Positions 38,851-48,399 of a stretch of 64,000 bases of DNA are shown piece after piece. The stretch is from assembly GCA_963720545.1 (NCBI GenBank), contig OY970399.1:256001-320000 (forward strand). The letters are read 5' to 3'. The translations under genes and the position numbers were made by a program. The stretch comes from an uncultured Acidobacteriota bacterium (GTDB lineage: Bacteria; Acidobacteriota; Vicinamibacteria; Fen-336). How positions within the stretch are numbered: position 1 is the first letter of the stretch; every line of letters begins with the position of its first letter. The notes below the pieces were generated by a model. It ran no database searches and was not told the origin of the DNA. It saw only the letters and a list, made by a program, of their open reading frames with translations.

Positions 38851-40098
38851 TCAATTCTTCTGGCGGAGTTTTTCGGCTGCGGCTTGGACCTGGTCGGGGA
38901 AATCCCTGACCTCGGCGGCGCCAACTTCGAAGTAACGCGCGCCGAGCGAAATTCCACGTTCGAACATGCCGGAGAAGTTGCTCTCGCGTGCCTGGGTGCG
39001 GTCGTCGTCGTCCGCCGGCGCCGCGTTGCGCGCCTCGGCCCGGCGCCCGCCCCGCCCGCCGCCGCGGCCGCCGCCGTGGCGCGAGGCCCTCGGCGGTGCG
39101 GAAGCTGAAGCGGGCGCCCCCGTCGCGGTATCGTCCGGATCGGCGCCGGCGCCGGAGCTCGCGCTGGTGTCGCGTTTGCCCTGCCGCAGCAGCTGGCGCT
39201 GGAAGCCGATCGTGGTCTTCGTGGCGTATTCCTTGAGGATCCCCCAGTCGACGCGGCGATCGTTGCTGTCGGCGAGCAGGATGTTGTTCTGCAGGAAGAT
39301 GCGCTGGCCATAGCGGCCGAAGGCGTACTTCACGACCTCGATGGTGACGTTGTTGTCGTCGATCGTCGGCGAGAGGTTCAGGACCAGAGCGCGGCCCGGA
39401 AAGGCGCGAGCATAGACGTCCACGCAGCGACGCCAGGCGTCGATGAGCTTGTCCTTGCTGTAGCCGAGCTCTTTCCAACGCGCCACGTCGTTCGGTGTGT
39501 GCGGCAGGATCATCTCGGCCGAGTGCTTGTTGGGCCCGGTGACGTGCACCATCGCGAGCGGCGCATCCTTGAGGTGCTCGCCGGCGGCCATCACGAAGCG
39601 CTCCCAGGCCGCGAGGAACGGCTCGTCCCAGGGCACCGGCAGCGACAGGTTCTTGCCGTAGGTCTGGTTGCGCTGTCCCTGCTTCGCCCCGGCAGCGCCG
39701 TGGTTCGGGTTCTCGTCGACGAAGCTGAAGCGCTTCGCGCCCTTCGTAAACAGCCACTCCGGTGTCGTGACGCCGGGCAGGAGCCGCAGGCCCACCTTGC
39801 GGTTCGCCTGCTTCGCGACCGCGATGCGCGAGTCGAGCGCCGACCAGGAATAGGCGCCCTGGCTCGGCTCGAGGTCGGACCAGGAGGCCGTGAGCGCCAC
39901 GCCGGCGATGCCCTCCGCGGCGAGCACGCGCTGCCAGGTGCTGGCGTCGCGCTCGCCGGTGATCACGTAGATGCCGTACGAGCCGCGCGGATCGAAGCTT
40001 GCGCCGTCAGCCGTGGCGGCGGCTGTCGCACCGAACAGCGGCGCCAGCCCCAGAAGCGCGGCGGCCAGCGCCGCGCTGCGAAGGTTCCGGATCGTCAT
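38851..40098 (-). CDS. Secreted glycoside-hydrolase-like barrel protein with a low-complexity insertion
   Basis: Signal peptide; WSDLEPSQGAYSW, PVPWD; GGAG RBS before ATG 40098. Confidence 0.75.
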   Translation of the reverse strand: MTIRNLRSAALAAALLGLAPLFGATAAATADGASFDPRGSYGIYVITGERDASTWQRVLAAEGIAGVALTASWSDLEPSQGAYSWSALDSRIAVAKQANRKVGLRLLPGVTTPEWLFTKGAKRFSFVDENPNHGAAGAKQGQRNQTYGKNLSLPVPWDEPFLAAWERFVMAAGEHLKDAPLAMVHVTGPNKHSAEMILPHTPNDVARWKELGYSKDKLIDAWRRCVDVYARAFPGRALVLNLSPTIDDNNVTIEVVKYAFGRYGQRIFLQNNILLADSNDRRVDWGILKEYATKTTIGFQRQLLRQGKRDTSASSGAGADPDDTATGAPASASAPPRASRHGGGRGGGRGGRRAEARNAAPADDDDRTQARESNFSGMFERGISLGARYFEVGAAEVRDFPDQVQAAAEKLRQKN

Positions 40099-40100
40099 CG

Positions 40101-43100
40101 CTATCGCTCCCATAAATAAATGCGCATGCCGTAGGTTTCGAACACCACCTTCGCCGAGCGGTTGACGAAATCGAGCGTGACTGCGTCGTTCGAGCCGTCG
40201 AAGGCGGCGGCCGGCGTCGCCATGATCCAGGCGCGGCGGTGCTGGTTCAGGACCTCGGCCAGTTCCTTCTCGCTGCGCAGCACGGTCGAGCCCGCGAAGC
40301 GGTCCATGTAGCGCGGGTTGGCGTCGTTCATGTCGTACATCACGAGGCGGCTGGTGTACGACTGCAGGTAGTAATCGGGCGCGAAGTTCGCGTAGTAGAG
40401 GAGCGCCTGCGGCATCAGCGCGATCACCGTATCGCCCTTGCGCCGGTTCTGCGCGACGAACTCTGCGGCGCTGCGGTAGTCGAGGCCGCCGACCTCGGGC
40501 GTCACGTCGGGCAGCATGCGGCCGGCGCGCGCCCCGAGCCGCTCGGTGCGCAGCACCAGGCTGTTGCTCGAGGCGAGGACGCCGGTCGCGGCGAACGCGA
40601 CGCAGCACGCGACCGTGACCCGCAGGAACCCAGGCAGCACCGCAGGCGCCCGCGAGCGCAGGTAGTCGGCGCACAGGAACAGGCTGGCGCAGGCCGGCAG
40701 CAGCAACAGCGGCTGCGCGAAGTACGCATACCGCGGCGATTGCGGCACGACGAAGTTCGTCAAGGTCATGAGTACGGCCACCAGCAGGATTACATAGTAC
40801 TGGACCGCACGGTTGCGAATCGCCACAGGAAGTCCAACGATGAGAAGAAGCGTCAGGATGAGGTGATGTGGCGCGAGCAGGAAGGTCTGCACGTACGCCC
40901 ACGGGTTGTAGGTGGTTGCGAGGAACCCGAGGCTCAGCGCGTTGCCGGCGATCGACGAGCCCACCGCGAGGAAGGCGCGCGAGTCGAGCGTGCGCCGCGC
41001 CAGCTGGCCGATGACCACGATGGACACGGCGCACGCGGCGAGCCACACGAACGGTTCGCGCAGCCAGGACAGGTGCCTGCCGCGCTGTACCAGCAGGCAC
41101 AACACCAGCGCCGGCAGCAGCACGCCGGCGCCTTCCCAACTCAGGTACATGAAGCAGAACGACACCGCGGCCGCGGCGAGCGGCAGCCGGCGCACCGGGC
41201 CGGGCCCCGTGCCGAACGCGAGATAGAAGAGCCAGGTGGTGAGCAGCGCGAAGAACTGCGCCTGCTGCGGGTGGAACGCGTTGGCGCCCCAGAAGATCGA
41301 GAACGGCGAAAGCGCATGCACCGCGGCCGCCATCAAGCCCACTCCCGGGCGCCAGGTGGTGGTGCCGATGACGTAGAGCAAGAGCGTCGTGAGCATGCCG
41401 AAGACGATCGCCGGCAGCCGCGCTGCGAACTCGCTCTGCCCGAACGCCTTCATCGACAGCCAGATGGGATAGGGCAGCAGTTCGTACGTGGTGAGCCGCT
41501 TCTTCAGGGGGCCGACGTAGCGGATGGGGGAGCCGAACTCGTCGATTGCCTGGGCGAAGCGCACCATGCTGAGTTCATCGTGGCCGAACGACGCGGCACG
41601 CGCCTTCTCGGTGCGCAGGAAGGCACCAGTGACGAGCAGCGGCGCCAGGCACAGGAGCGCCAGGCCATGGCGCAGCCACGCGGCGCGCACGAACGCGATG
41701 GACGGTGCGAACACCGCACGCCGCCGGTGCGCGAGCGCCAGCCACGCGACCAGCAGCAGGCGCAACGCCAACAGCACGCCCACGGCGGCGAGCGTGAAGT
41801 TGGGCCGGAACGCGAACCCGGGATCGTTGCGCTCGTCGGTGCCGATCACCCAGAGGGCGGCGAACAGCAGCAGCACCGGCAGGCGCAGCAGCGCGTCGTA
41901 GCGCAGCGCCGTCGTCCAGCGCACCTCGCTTGCGACCGAGCGCAGGATCAGTCCCATGATCACCCAATCGGCGAGCGCCAGGCACAGGATGCCGAAGCCG
42001 AAGAACAAGGCGCCGGCGGCGGCGCGCGCGAGCCATGGAGACGGCAGGGCATCGACGCGCAGCTTCTTCGGCAGCGGCTGCGCGAAGCCGGCCGGACCGC
42101 CGTACGCCGCGCCCGCCTCGACGGGCGGCAGCGCCGCCGCCGGCTGTCGCGCCCTGCCGCTGGCGCTCACGGTCCAGGTCGGCGTCCACGAAACCGCGTC
42201 GCCGCCCGTGCCGGAGCGGTCGATGATGAGGTCGAGCGCTATGCGCGGCAGGGACGCCGGCGACGAGACGCGCACGTCGAGCGTGTTGCGGCCGCGATTG
42301 ACGAACGGCGTGATGTCGTGGATCTCGAGGATCGGCGCCGGATCGACGCGGCCGAAGATCCGCACCCCGTTGAGCGCGAGAGCGTAGCCGTCGGGGCAGG
42401 CCACGCGCAACCAGATCGTGCGGAAGCCGACGGCCACGTCGAACACCCCGGAGAAGACCGCCGAGGTGCTGGACGGATCGGGGGTGGTGATCCACGGCGG
42501 GGTCGCGACGGAGAAGAGCGCGGCGTCCACAGGCAGGTGCGGCAGCTGTTTCGGGTCGGGCGCCTCGCCGCCAAGCGCCGGCGTCTCGTGCTGCTGGATG
42601 TAGCGCGAGTCGTACCACGGAATCTCGAGATTGCCCTGCGCCTCGAAACGCGACGCCGCCGACCAGCTGCTGTCGGAGCTGAAGAGGGTCTCGCTGCCGG
42701 CGACGTCGCGATAGCCGCCGGCGACCACGGCGCGCGCGGGCAGGGAGTAGTTGGCGCTGCGCACGTTGAGTGCCAGTGCGTTCTTGCCGGGTTTGAGATA
42801 GGGGGTGAGGTCGTAGATCCCGGCCGCGTTGCGGTCGAGCACCCAGGACTCGCCGACGATCTCGCCGTTGACGCGCAGCTTGAAGTTGGCCTCGCCGGCG
42901 GCGATCGTGACCCAGGCATCCTTGACGCGCCTGTCGACGTAGAGCTCCTTGCGGAAGTACGCGACCGGCGCCTGGTCGGGCGTCGTCATCCAGCGCGCGC
43001 CGCGCAGCGCCAGCGGCGAGAGGTGCGGCGTCAGCCCTTCCGCCTTGCAGAAAAGCAGCGCTGCCGCCACCAGCGCGGTGCCGAGCACCAGCACCATCTC

Positions 43101-43139
43101 GACGCCCAGCGAGCGCAGTCCGACGAGGCGCTCCCTCAT
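40101..43139 (-). CDS. Large GT-C (PMT/ArnT-like) membrane glycosyltransferase with two N-terminal jelly-roll (rhamnosidase-N-like) domains
   Basis: YFRKEL...VNG...YDLTPYLKPGKN repeated as LNG...HDITPFVNRGRN; then many TMs, SFGHDE, FGQSEFAARLPA. Confidence 0.75.
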   Translation of the reverse strand: MRERLVGLRSLGVEMVLVLGTALVAAALLFCKAEGLTPHLSPLALRGARWMTTPDQAPVAYFRKELYVDRRVKDAWVTIAAGEANFKLRVNGEIVGESWVLDRNAAGIYDLTPYLKPGKNALALNVRSANYSLPARAVVAGGYRDVAGSETLFSSDSSWSAASRFEAQGNLEIPWYDSRYIQQHETPALGGEAPDPKQLPHLPVDAALFSVATPPWITTPDPSSTSAVFSGVFDVAVGFRTIWLRVACPDGYALALNGVRIFGRVDPAPILEIHDITPFVNRGRNTLDVRVSSPASLPRIALDLIIDRSGTGGDAVSWTPTWTVSASGRARQPAAALPPVEAGAAYGGPAGFAQPLPKKLRVDALPSPWLARAAAGALFFGFGILCLALADWVIMGLILRSVASEVRWTTALRYDALLRLPVLLLFAALWVIGTDERNDPGFAFRPNFTLAAVGVLLALRLLLVAWLALAHRRRAVFAPSIAFVRAAWLRHGLALLCLAPLLVTGAFLRTEKARAASFGHDELSMVRFAQAIDEFGSPIRYVGPLKKRLTTYELLPYPIWLSMKAFGQSEFAARLPAIVFGMLTTLLLYVIGTTTWRPGVGLMAAAVHALSPFSIFWGANAFHPQQAQFFALLTTWLFYLAFGTGPGPVRRLPLAAAAVSFCFMYLSWEGAGVLLPALVLCLLVQRGRHLSWLREPFVWLAACAVSIVVIGQLARRTLDSRAFLAVGSSIAGNALSLGFLATTYNPWAYVQTFLLAPHHLILTLLLIVGLPVAIRNRAVQYYVILLVAVLMTLTNFVVPQSPRYAYFAQPLLLLPACASLFLCADYLRSRAPAVLPGFLRVTVACCVAFAATGVLASSNSLVLRTERLGARAGRMLPDVTPEVGGLDYRSAAEFVAQNRRKGDTVIALMPQALLYYANFAPDYYLQSYTSRLVMYDMNDANPRYMDRFAGSTVLRSEKELAEVLNQHRRAWIMATPAAAFDGSNDAVTLDFVNRSAKVVFETYGMRIYLWER

Positions 43140-44380
43140 GTGCCGCCGAGGCTGCGGAACATCCGGTAGTTCTGCGACGGGTCGAGGCGCCGCGCCGCCT
43201 CGTACGCGAGCCGCGCCTCCTCCAGCCGGTTGAGGCGCATGAAGCTGTCGCCGATGTTGCACTGCAGGTCGGCGCGGATGCGCCGGTCGCGGATCGCGGT
43301 GCTCGCAAAGCGGCCCATCGCGATGCCCTGTTCGTAGCGGCCGACGTCGAAGTAGGCGCGGCTCAGGTAGAACGCCGCCTGCGCCTGCTCGGGATCGAGC
43401 GCGAGGGCCCGCTCCCAGAGACCGATCGCCTGCGGCACGCGCTTCTCCTGGTACGCGGCGCGCGCCTTCTCGATGAGCGCCGAACTGAGTTCGCGGCGGG
43501 CCAGCGAGCGCAGCGGCTCGGATGCGTCCTGCGCCAGCGGCATGTAGACGCCGATGCCCTGGTCGACGTCGCCCATGGCGGTGGCGCGCGCGGCGACGTA
43601 GAAGCGCGCGCTCGGATCGTTGGCGCGGCCGAGGCGGTACTGCGCCTCGCCGATGCGCCGCCAGATCGGCTCGCTGTAGGCCACCTGCGCCGAGTCGCGC
43701 TGCGCGCTCGCATACTGGCGCAGCGCCGCGTCGAAGCGCGCGTAGGTCAGGTCGCGATCGGCGCGCGCCGCCGACAGTTCTCCCGCGAGCGGCTGGCGCA
43801 GCAGCGCCGCGGCGCCGAACAGCGAGACGCCGAGCGTGATTGCCGACCAGGCGCCGGCGGCGAACGGCCGCGCCCACACGCAGGCGAGGAGTGCCAAAAG
43901 GGCGCCGGAAAGGCACAGCCACCAGCCGCGGCCCATGAAGTAGACGCTCGCGGCGACGCGGTCCGTGAGGCCGTCGGTGACGAGGTCGTGCTCGAGCAAC
44001 GGGTCGGCGCCCTTGTTCCAGGGCAGGAACAAGTCGGAGAAGCGGATGATCGCCGAGTACTGGGCGTTGTCGTTGACGAGCGCCCACAGCCGCGCGTCGC
44101 GCAACGACAGGCTCGCGAGCACGAACACGCACAGTGCCAGCGCCAGGCTCGCGGCGACCGCCGTCAGTCGCACCAGGCCGAGCAGGCAGCAGGCACCCGC
44201 GACCACGGCGAGCAGCAAGGCAATCGTCAGGTGCGAGGCCGCGGCGCCGCCGCGCAGCGGCGACTCGATCCAGGCGAGAAAGGCCGACGCCGCAATCAGC
44301 AGCGAGCCGATGGTGCCGACGATGCGGGGAACCGGCCCGCGGCCGGGCTCAGCGGCGCGGGCGAGCGGCTCCGCCGCCAT
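43136..44380 (-). CDS. Membrane protein with C-terminal TPR repeats
   Basis: N-terminal TM helices; AIGLWERALALDP, ARLAYEAARRLDP. Confidence 0.75.
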   Translation of the reverse strand: MAAEPLARAAEPGRGPVPRIVGTIGSLLIAASAFLAWIESPLRGGAAASHLTIALLLAVVAGACCLLGLVRLTAVAASLALALCVFVLASLSLRDARLWALVNDNAQYSAIIRFSDLFLPWNKGADPLLEHDLVTDGLTDRVAASVYFMGRGWWLCLSGALLALLACVWARPFAAGAWSAITLGVSLFGAAALLRQPLAGELSAARADRDLTYARFDAALRQYASAQRDSAQVAYSEPIWRRIGEAQYRLGRANDPSARFYVAARATAMGDVDQGIGVYMPLAQDASEPLRSLARRELSSALIEKARAAYQEKRVPQAIGLWERALALDPEQAQAAFYLSRAYFDVGRYEQGIAMGRFASTAIRDRRIRADLQCNIGDSFMRLNRLEEARLAYEAARRLDPSQNYRMFRSLGGT

Positions 44381-45740
44381 CCCAGTCGCCGTTCAGGATC
44401 TGAAGCTGCGCCCCTGCATAGCGGCGCTCCCACGTGTTCTCGTTCTGCGCCAGCTGCAGTTCGAGCAGCGCGACCTCGGCGCGATTGACGACGTCGACTG
44501 AGGTGAGGCTCGCACCCGCCTGGCCGCGGGCACGCAGCAGCGCCTCGTTTGCCTGTTCCACCTGCGCCTCGAGGAGCTTCGCGTCCTCGCTCAGCTGCTG
44601 GTAGCGCGCGTGCACCTCGCGCAAGCCGCCTTCGAGCAGCAGCCGTTCGTTGCGCGCCTTCGCCTGCTCCTCGCGCTCACCGGCCGCCGCGACCGCGGCC
44701 TGCCGCGACGACAGCCCCGAGTCGAAAACCTTCCAGATGAGCTGGAACGAAACCGAGCCCTCGTCGGCGATCGGCGGGCGGTAGTCGTCGGCAAGCGCGT
44801 AGCGCGCCAGGATCGAGGCGGTGGGCAGGCGGTCCTTGCGCAGGCTCGCCGCCTCCTCGCGCTGCGACTGGGCGCTCAGCTCCGCCGACTTGACCGCCGG
44901 CGATTCGCCGATGCGGGCGAGCAGCTGCTCGATCGGCGGCGGCGGCGCCGGCGCCTGCGCCGGCTCGCGGATGTCGATGGGGCTCAGCATCGACATGCCG
45001 AGCGCGGTCGCGAACTCCTGTTCGGAGCTGCGCTGCGCGAGCTTCGCCTGGGCGACCGCGTGGCGCGCGGTCGCGGCTGCGACCTCGACGACGAGCGCAT
45101 CGCTGCGGGTGATGAGCTTGCGGTCGAGCTGCGCCTGCGCCATGCGCACGTCGGCCTCGCGGAACTGCACTGCCTTCTCCAGCAGCGGCACCTGGTGGCG
45201 GTACTTGAGGACCGCGAAGTAGGCGGTCGCGACGCGCTGCGCGACCTCGCGGCGGGTGACCCCTTCCGCGAGCGCCTTGGCGCCCGCGTCGAGCCGCGCG
45301 GCGTTGGTGTAGCGCGAACCGCCGAGGGTGAGCGCGCCGTGCGTGAACGCCGGGATCTCGAGCACAGCCTCGCCGGTGTAGTACGTGCCGCGCACGAAGC
45401 GGCGCACGCCGAACTGGTCGATGCCGCCGAGGCCGACGAACGGGCTGGTCGGCGAGCCGCGCAGGTAGCCGCTGCTGCCGCCGATGGTGAGCGACGGCGC
45501 CTTTTCCGCCGAGCGCGCGCCAATCGTCGCCTGCGCTGCTTCGGTGCGCGCCTTGGCCGCATCCACTTCGGGATGGCGCGTCAGCGCGTAGGTGATGCAG
45601 CCGGCCAGCTCGCAGGAGAAGTTGCCGGCGGGCGGGGCGGCGGGCGCTTTGGCCTGGGCATGCAGTTGCGGCGCCAGCGCCAGCGCGATGGCGGCGCTAG
45701 CGGCTGACCTCGCTCGGAGCGTTTGTCTCAGTGTCTTCAT
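44349..45740 (-). CDS. TolC-family outer membrane channel
   Basis: Signal peptide; ALTRHPEV, VATAYFAVL, two OEP-like halves (LPT...WKVFDSG). Confidence 0.85.
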   Translation of the reverse strand: MKTLRQTLRARSAASAAIALALAPQLHAQAKAPAAPPAGNFSCELAGCITYALTRHPEVDAAKARTEAAQATIGARSAEKAPSLTIGGSSGYLRGSPTSPFVGLGGIDQFGVRRFVRGTYYTGEAVLEIPAFTHGALTLGGSRYTNAARLDAGAKALAEGVTRREVAQRVATAYFAVLKYRHQVPLLEKAVQFREADVRMAQAQLDRKLITRSDALVVEVAAATARHAVAQAKLAQRSSEQEFATALGMSMLSPIDIREPAQAPAPPPPIEQLLARIGESPAVKSAELSAQSQREEAASLRKDRLPTASILARYALADDYRPPIADEGSVSFQLIWKVFDSGLSSRQAAVAAAGEREEQAKARNERLLLEGGLREVHARYQQLSEDAKLLEAQVEQANEALLRARGQAGASLTSVDVVNRAEVALLELQLAQNENTWERRYAGAQLQILNGDWDGGGAARPRR

Positions 45741-46920
45741 TTCCCAATCTCACCTTGTCCCCATCCCGAAGGTTGAGCTGTCCAACCGTGACGACGCGAT
45801 CCCCTTCGGCGAGGCCGTCGACGATGGCCGTCTGGCCGTCGCCCACACCCCCCACCTTGACACGCCTGAGCCTGGCCAGGCCTTTCTCGACGACGAACAC
45901 CGCGCTCTCCTGCGGACCGGCAGGATAGATGAGCGCAACGCTCGGCACCAGCAGCGCCGTGCTGCGCTCGCGCTGCAGGCGCACGAACGCCGTCAACCCC
46001 AATTTAAGGCGCAAACCGTTGTTTGCGAGCTCGACAAATGCCTGGAAGGTCTTGGTGTCGGCGCTGGTGGTGGGGTCGACGCGCACCACCTTGCCGGTGA
46101 ACTCTTCGTTGAGGAAGGCGCTGAAGGTCACCGTGGCCGGCTGGCCGATGCGGATGATTCCCAGCTGTTCCTCGGAGATCTGCGCGGCCACCAGCACCGG
46201 ATTCATGCGTCCGATGACCATCAGCTCGGCGCCGAGGCCCGGGGTTTCGCCGCGGTTCGTGAGCCGCTGGGTGACGACACCGGTGACCGGCGAGGCGATG
46301 GCACTGTAGGAAAGGGCGCGGCTGGCCTCGGCGCGCTTGGCCCTGGCCGCCTCGAGCGTGGCGGTCGCGGAGTCGAGGGCCTGCTGCGCCTTCTCGACCT
46401 CGGTGACCGCGAGGAAGCCCTGCTTGAAGACGCCCTCGACGCGGTCGCGCTGCACGGCCGCGCGCTCGCGCTCGGCCGAGGCGCGCACCACTTCGGCGGC
46501 GGCGCTGTCGGCAACGGCACGCAGCGACTCGGTCTCGAAGCGCACCAGCACCTGGCCCTGGCGCACCATGTCGCCGAGGTTGGCGCTGATGTCCGAGACG
46601 CGCGCCGAAATGCGCGAGGTCAGGTGCACGTAGTCGGCGGGCACGACTGCGCCGGTTGCGCCCAGCGACTCGTTCAGCTCGCCGCGACGCGCGGCCGTGA
46701 CCATGACCGGGATCGGGTTGCCGGTGCGGCGCGCCATCACCGCGTCGGTGCGCACCATGTGGGGCAGGACCTCCTGCCACAGGTAGCGAGCGCCGAGCGC
46801 ACCGCCTGCCACCAGAAGCAGGGCGCCACCCAGGAAGCCGGTAAGCCGGACAGGACTCATTAGAGGATGCGCGGCGCTTTGCTTCGAGGGCCCACGGCGA
46901 AGGAGCTTATCATCCGACAT
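45697..46920 (-). CDS. Periplasmic adaptor / membrane fusion protein (RND/MacA-type)
   Basis: N-terminal TM, lipoyl halves GDMVRQGQVL and IASPVTGVV, VPSVAL, GLAEGDRVVTVGQ. Confidence 0.9.
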   Translation of the reverse strand: MSDDKLLRRGPSKQSAAHPLMSPVRLTGFLGGALLLVAGGALGARYLWQEVLPHMVRTDAVMARRTGNPIPVMVTAARRGELNESLGATGAVVPADYVHLTSRISARVSDISANLGDMVRQGQVLVRFETESLRAVADSAAAEVVRASAERERAAVQRDRVEGVFKQGFLAVTEVEKAQQALDSATATLEAARAKRAEASRALSYSAIASPVTGVVTQRLTNRGETPGLGAELMVIGRMNPVLVAAQISEEQLGIIRIGQPATVTFSAFLNEEFTGKVVRVDPTTSADTKTFQAFVELANNGLRLKLGLTAFVRLQRERSTALLVPSVALIYPAGPQESAVFVVEKGLARLRRVKVGGVGDGQTAIVDGLAEGDRVVTVGQLNLRDGDKVRLGNEDTETNAPSEVSR

Positions 46921-47094
46921 TGCGCCCTTGCAGGCGCGAAGGTAATGTCGTAGCGGTCGTCACAACCGGTCGGTCGTGAGTGCGTTTACCCTCCGTAAAG
47001 CCCCGCGCCGACAACACTTGATTGCAACTGGGGCCTGATGTTCACGGATAGTGTCCATAGAGGCGGAGCCGCGTTCGACGCTGGGGAGGCACGT

Positions 47095-48399
47095 GTGTCC
47101 GGGGGTTTGTGGAGCACCATCACGCCGCACCTGCGGGTGCGCCACACGCGGAGCCCGGCGCCGCGCGTGGACGCGTGGGTACTCGACCCCCAGTTCCGCC
47201 AGGCGCTCGCGACCGTGCGCAGCCTGGGTGCCGCCGGCCGCTACGTCGGCACTGCCTGCTGCCTGCCGCAGGCCCGCTGGGCACCGGCGGCCGCATCCCG
47301 CTGGTGCGGCGCCAACGCTGTCCTTCCCGACTTCACGGTGGCGCCCGAGAACTATGTGGCGGCGCTCCTGCACCTGCTCGACGAACATCCGGCGCGGGTG
47401 CTGATCCCCGGGCACGACGGCTCGATCGCCACCATCCGCGCGCACCGCGCCGAGTTCGAGAAGCGCACCGTAGTTGCGCTGGCCTCCGAGGAGGCGCTCG
47501 CGATCGCGGGCGACAAGGTGCGCACCCTCGAGATCGCAAAGCGCCTCGGGATCGCGGTGCCGCGCAGCGTGCTGGTGCACGACACCAGCGAAGTGAAGGC
47601 CGCCGTCGAGCACCTCGATTGCCCGGTGGTGGTGAAGCCGACGAGCTCCTGGGCCACGAGCGGCTCGGTGGGCACGCGGCTCTTCAGCATGGGCGCTCGC
47701 AGCCTCGACGAGGCCACGCGCAAGGTGGACAGGATCGTCGCCAGCGGCGGCAGCGCCTTGCTGCAGGAGTGGCTGCCGGGACGACGGGACGCCGTCAGCC
47801 TGTTCGTGGCCAAGGGCGAAGTGACGGCGCGCTTCGCGCAGTCGTCGCGGCGCGAGTATCCGCCGCTCGGCGGCAGCTCGGTCTTCTGCGAGAGCCTGCC
47901 GCTGCAGTTGGACATCGTCGCACCGGCGGAGAAGCTGGTGCGCGAGATCGGCGCCGAGGGCTATTCGATGGTCGAGTTCCGCCGCGACCGCAAAGGCCTG
48001 CCCATCCTCATGGAGGTGAACGCACGGATGGCGGGCTCGGTGCAGCTGGCGCGCTCCTGCGGAGTCGACTTTCCGGCGATGACCTACGCGTGGGCGCTCG
48101 GCGAACCCCTGCCTGCGGCGCGCGCCTATCCCGTAGGCCGACGCCTGCGCTGGCTCGGCGGGGAAGCGCGCGCGCTGCGCGTCATCTTCCGCGACCACGG
48201 CCAGCTCGACGTGCCCGCGCGCGGCGCGGCCCTGGCGGCCGCGATCGGCGACTTCTTCCTGCGTCCGAGCCGCATGGACGTGATCGACCTGCGCGACCCG
48301 CGGCCGGCGATCGTCGAGGCGGGGTACATGCTGGACGGGGCGGTGCGCGTGCTGTTCGGCGCCGAGGTGCCGGGCGAGGCCGAGGGGACTGCGGCATGA
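47095..48399 (+). CDS. ATP-grasp domain protein (carboxylate-amine ligase-like)
   Basis: PVVVKP, LQEWLPG, MVEFR, MEVNAR; GGGGAGG RBS before GTG 47095. Confidence 0.85.
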   Translation: MSGGLWSTITPHLRVRHTRSPAPRVDAWVLDPQFRQALATVRSLGAAGRYVGTACCLPQARWAPAAASRWCGANAVLPDFTVAPENYVAALLHLLDEHPARVLIPGHDGSIATIRAHRAEFEKRTVVALASEEALAIAGDKVRTLEIAKRLGIAVPRSVLVHDTSEVKAAVEHLDCPVVVKPTSSWATSGSVGTRLFSMGARSLDEATRKVDRIVASGGSALLQEWLPGRRDAVSLFVAKGEVTARFAQSSRREYPPLGGSSVFCESLPLQLDIVAPAEKLVREIGAEGYSMVEFRRDRKGLPILMEVNARMAGSVQLARSCGVDFPAMTYAWALGEPLPAARAYPVGRRLRWLGGEARALRVIFRDHGQLDVPARGAALAAAIGDFFLRPSRMDVIDLRDPRPAIVEAGYMLDGAVRVLFGAEVPGEAEGTAA

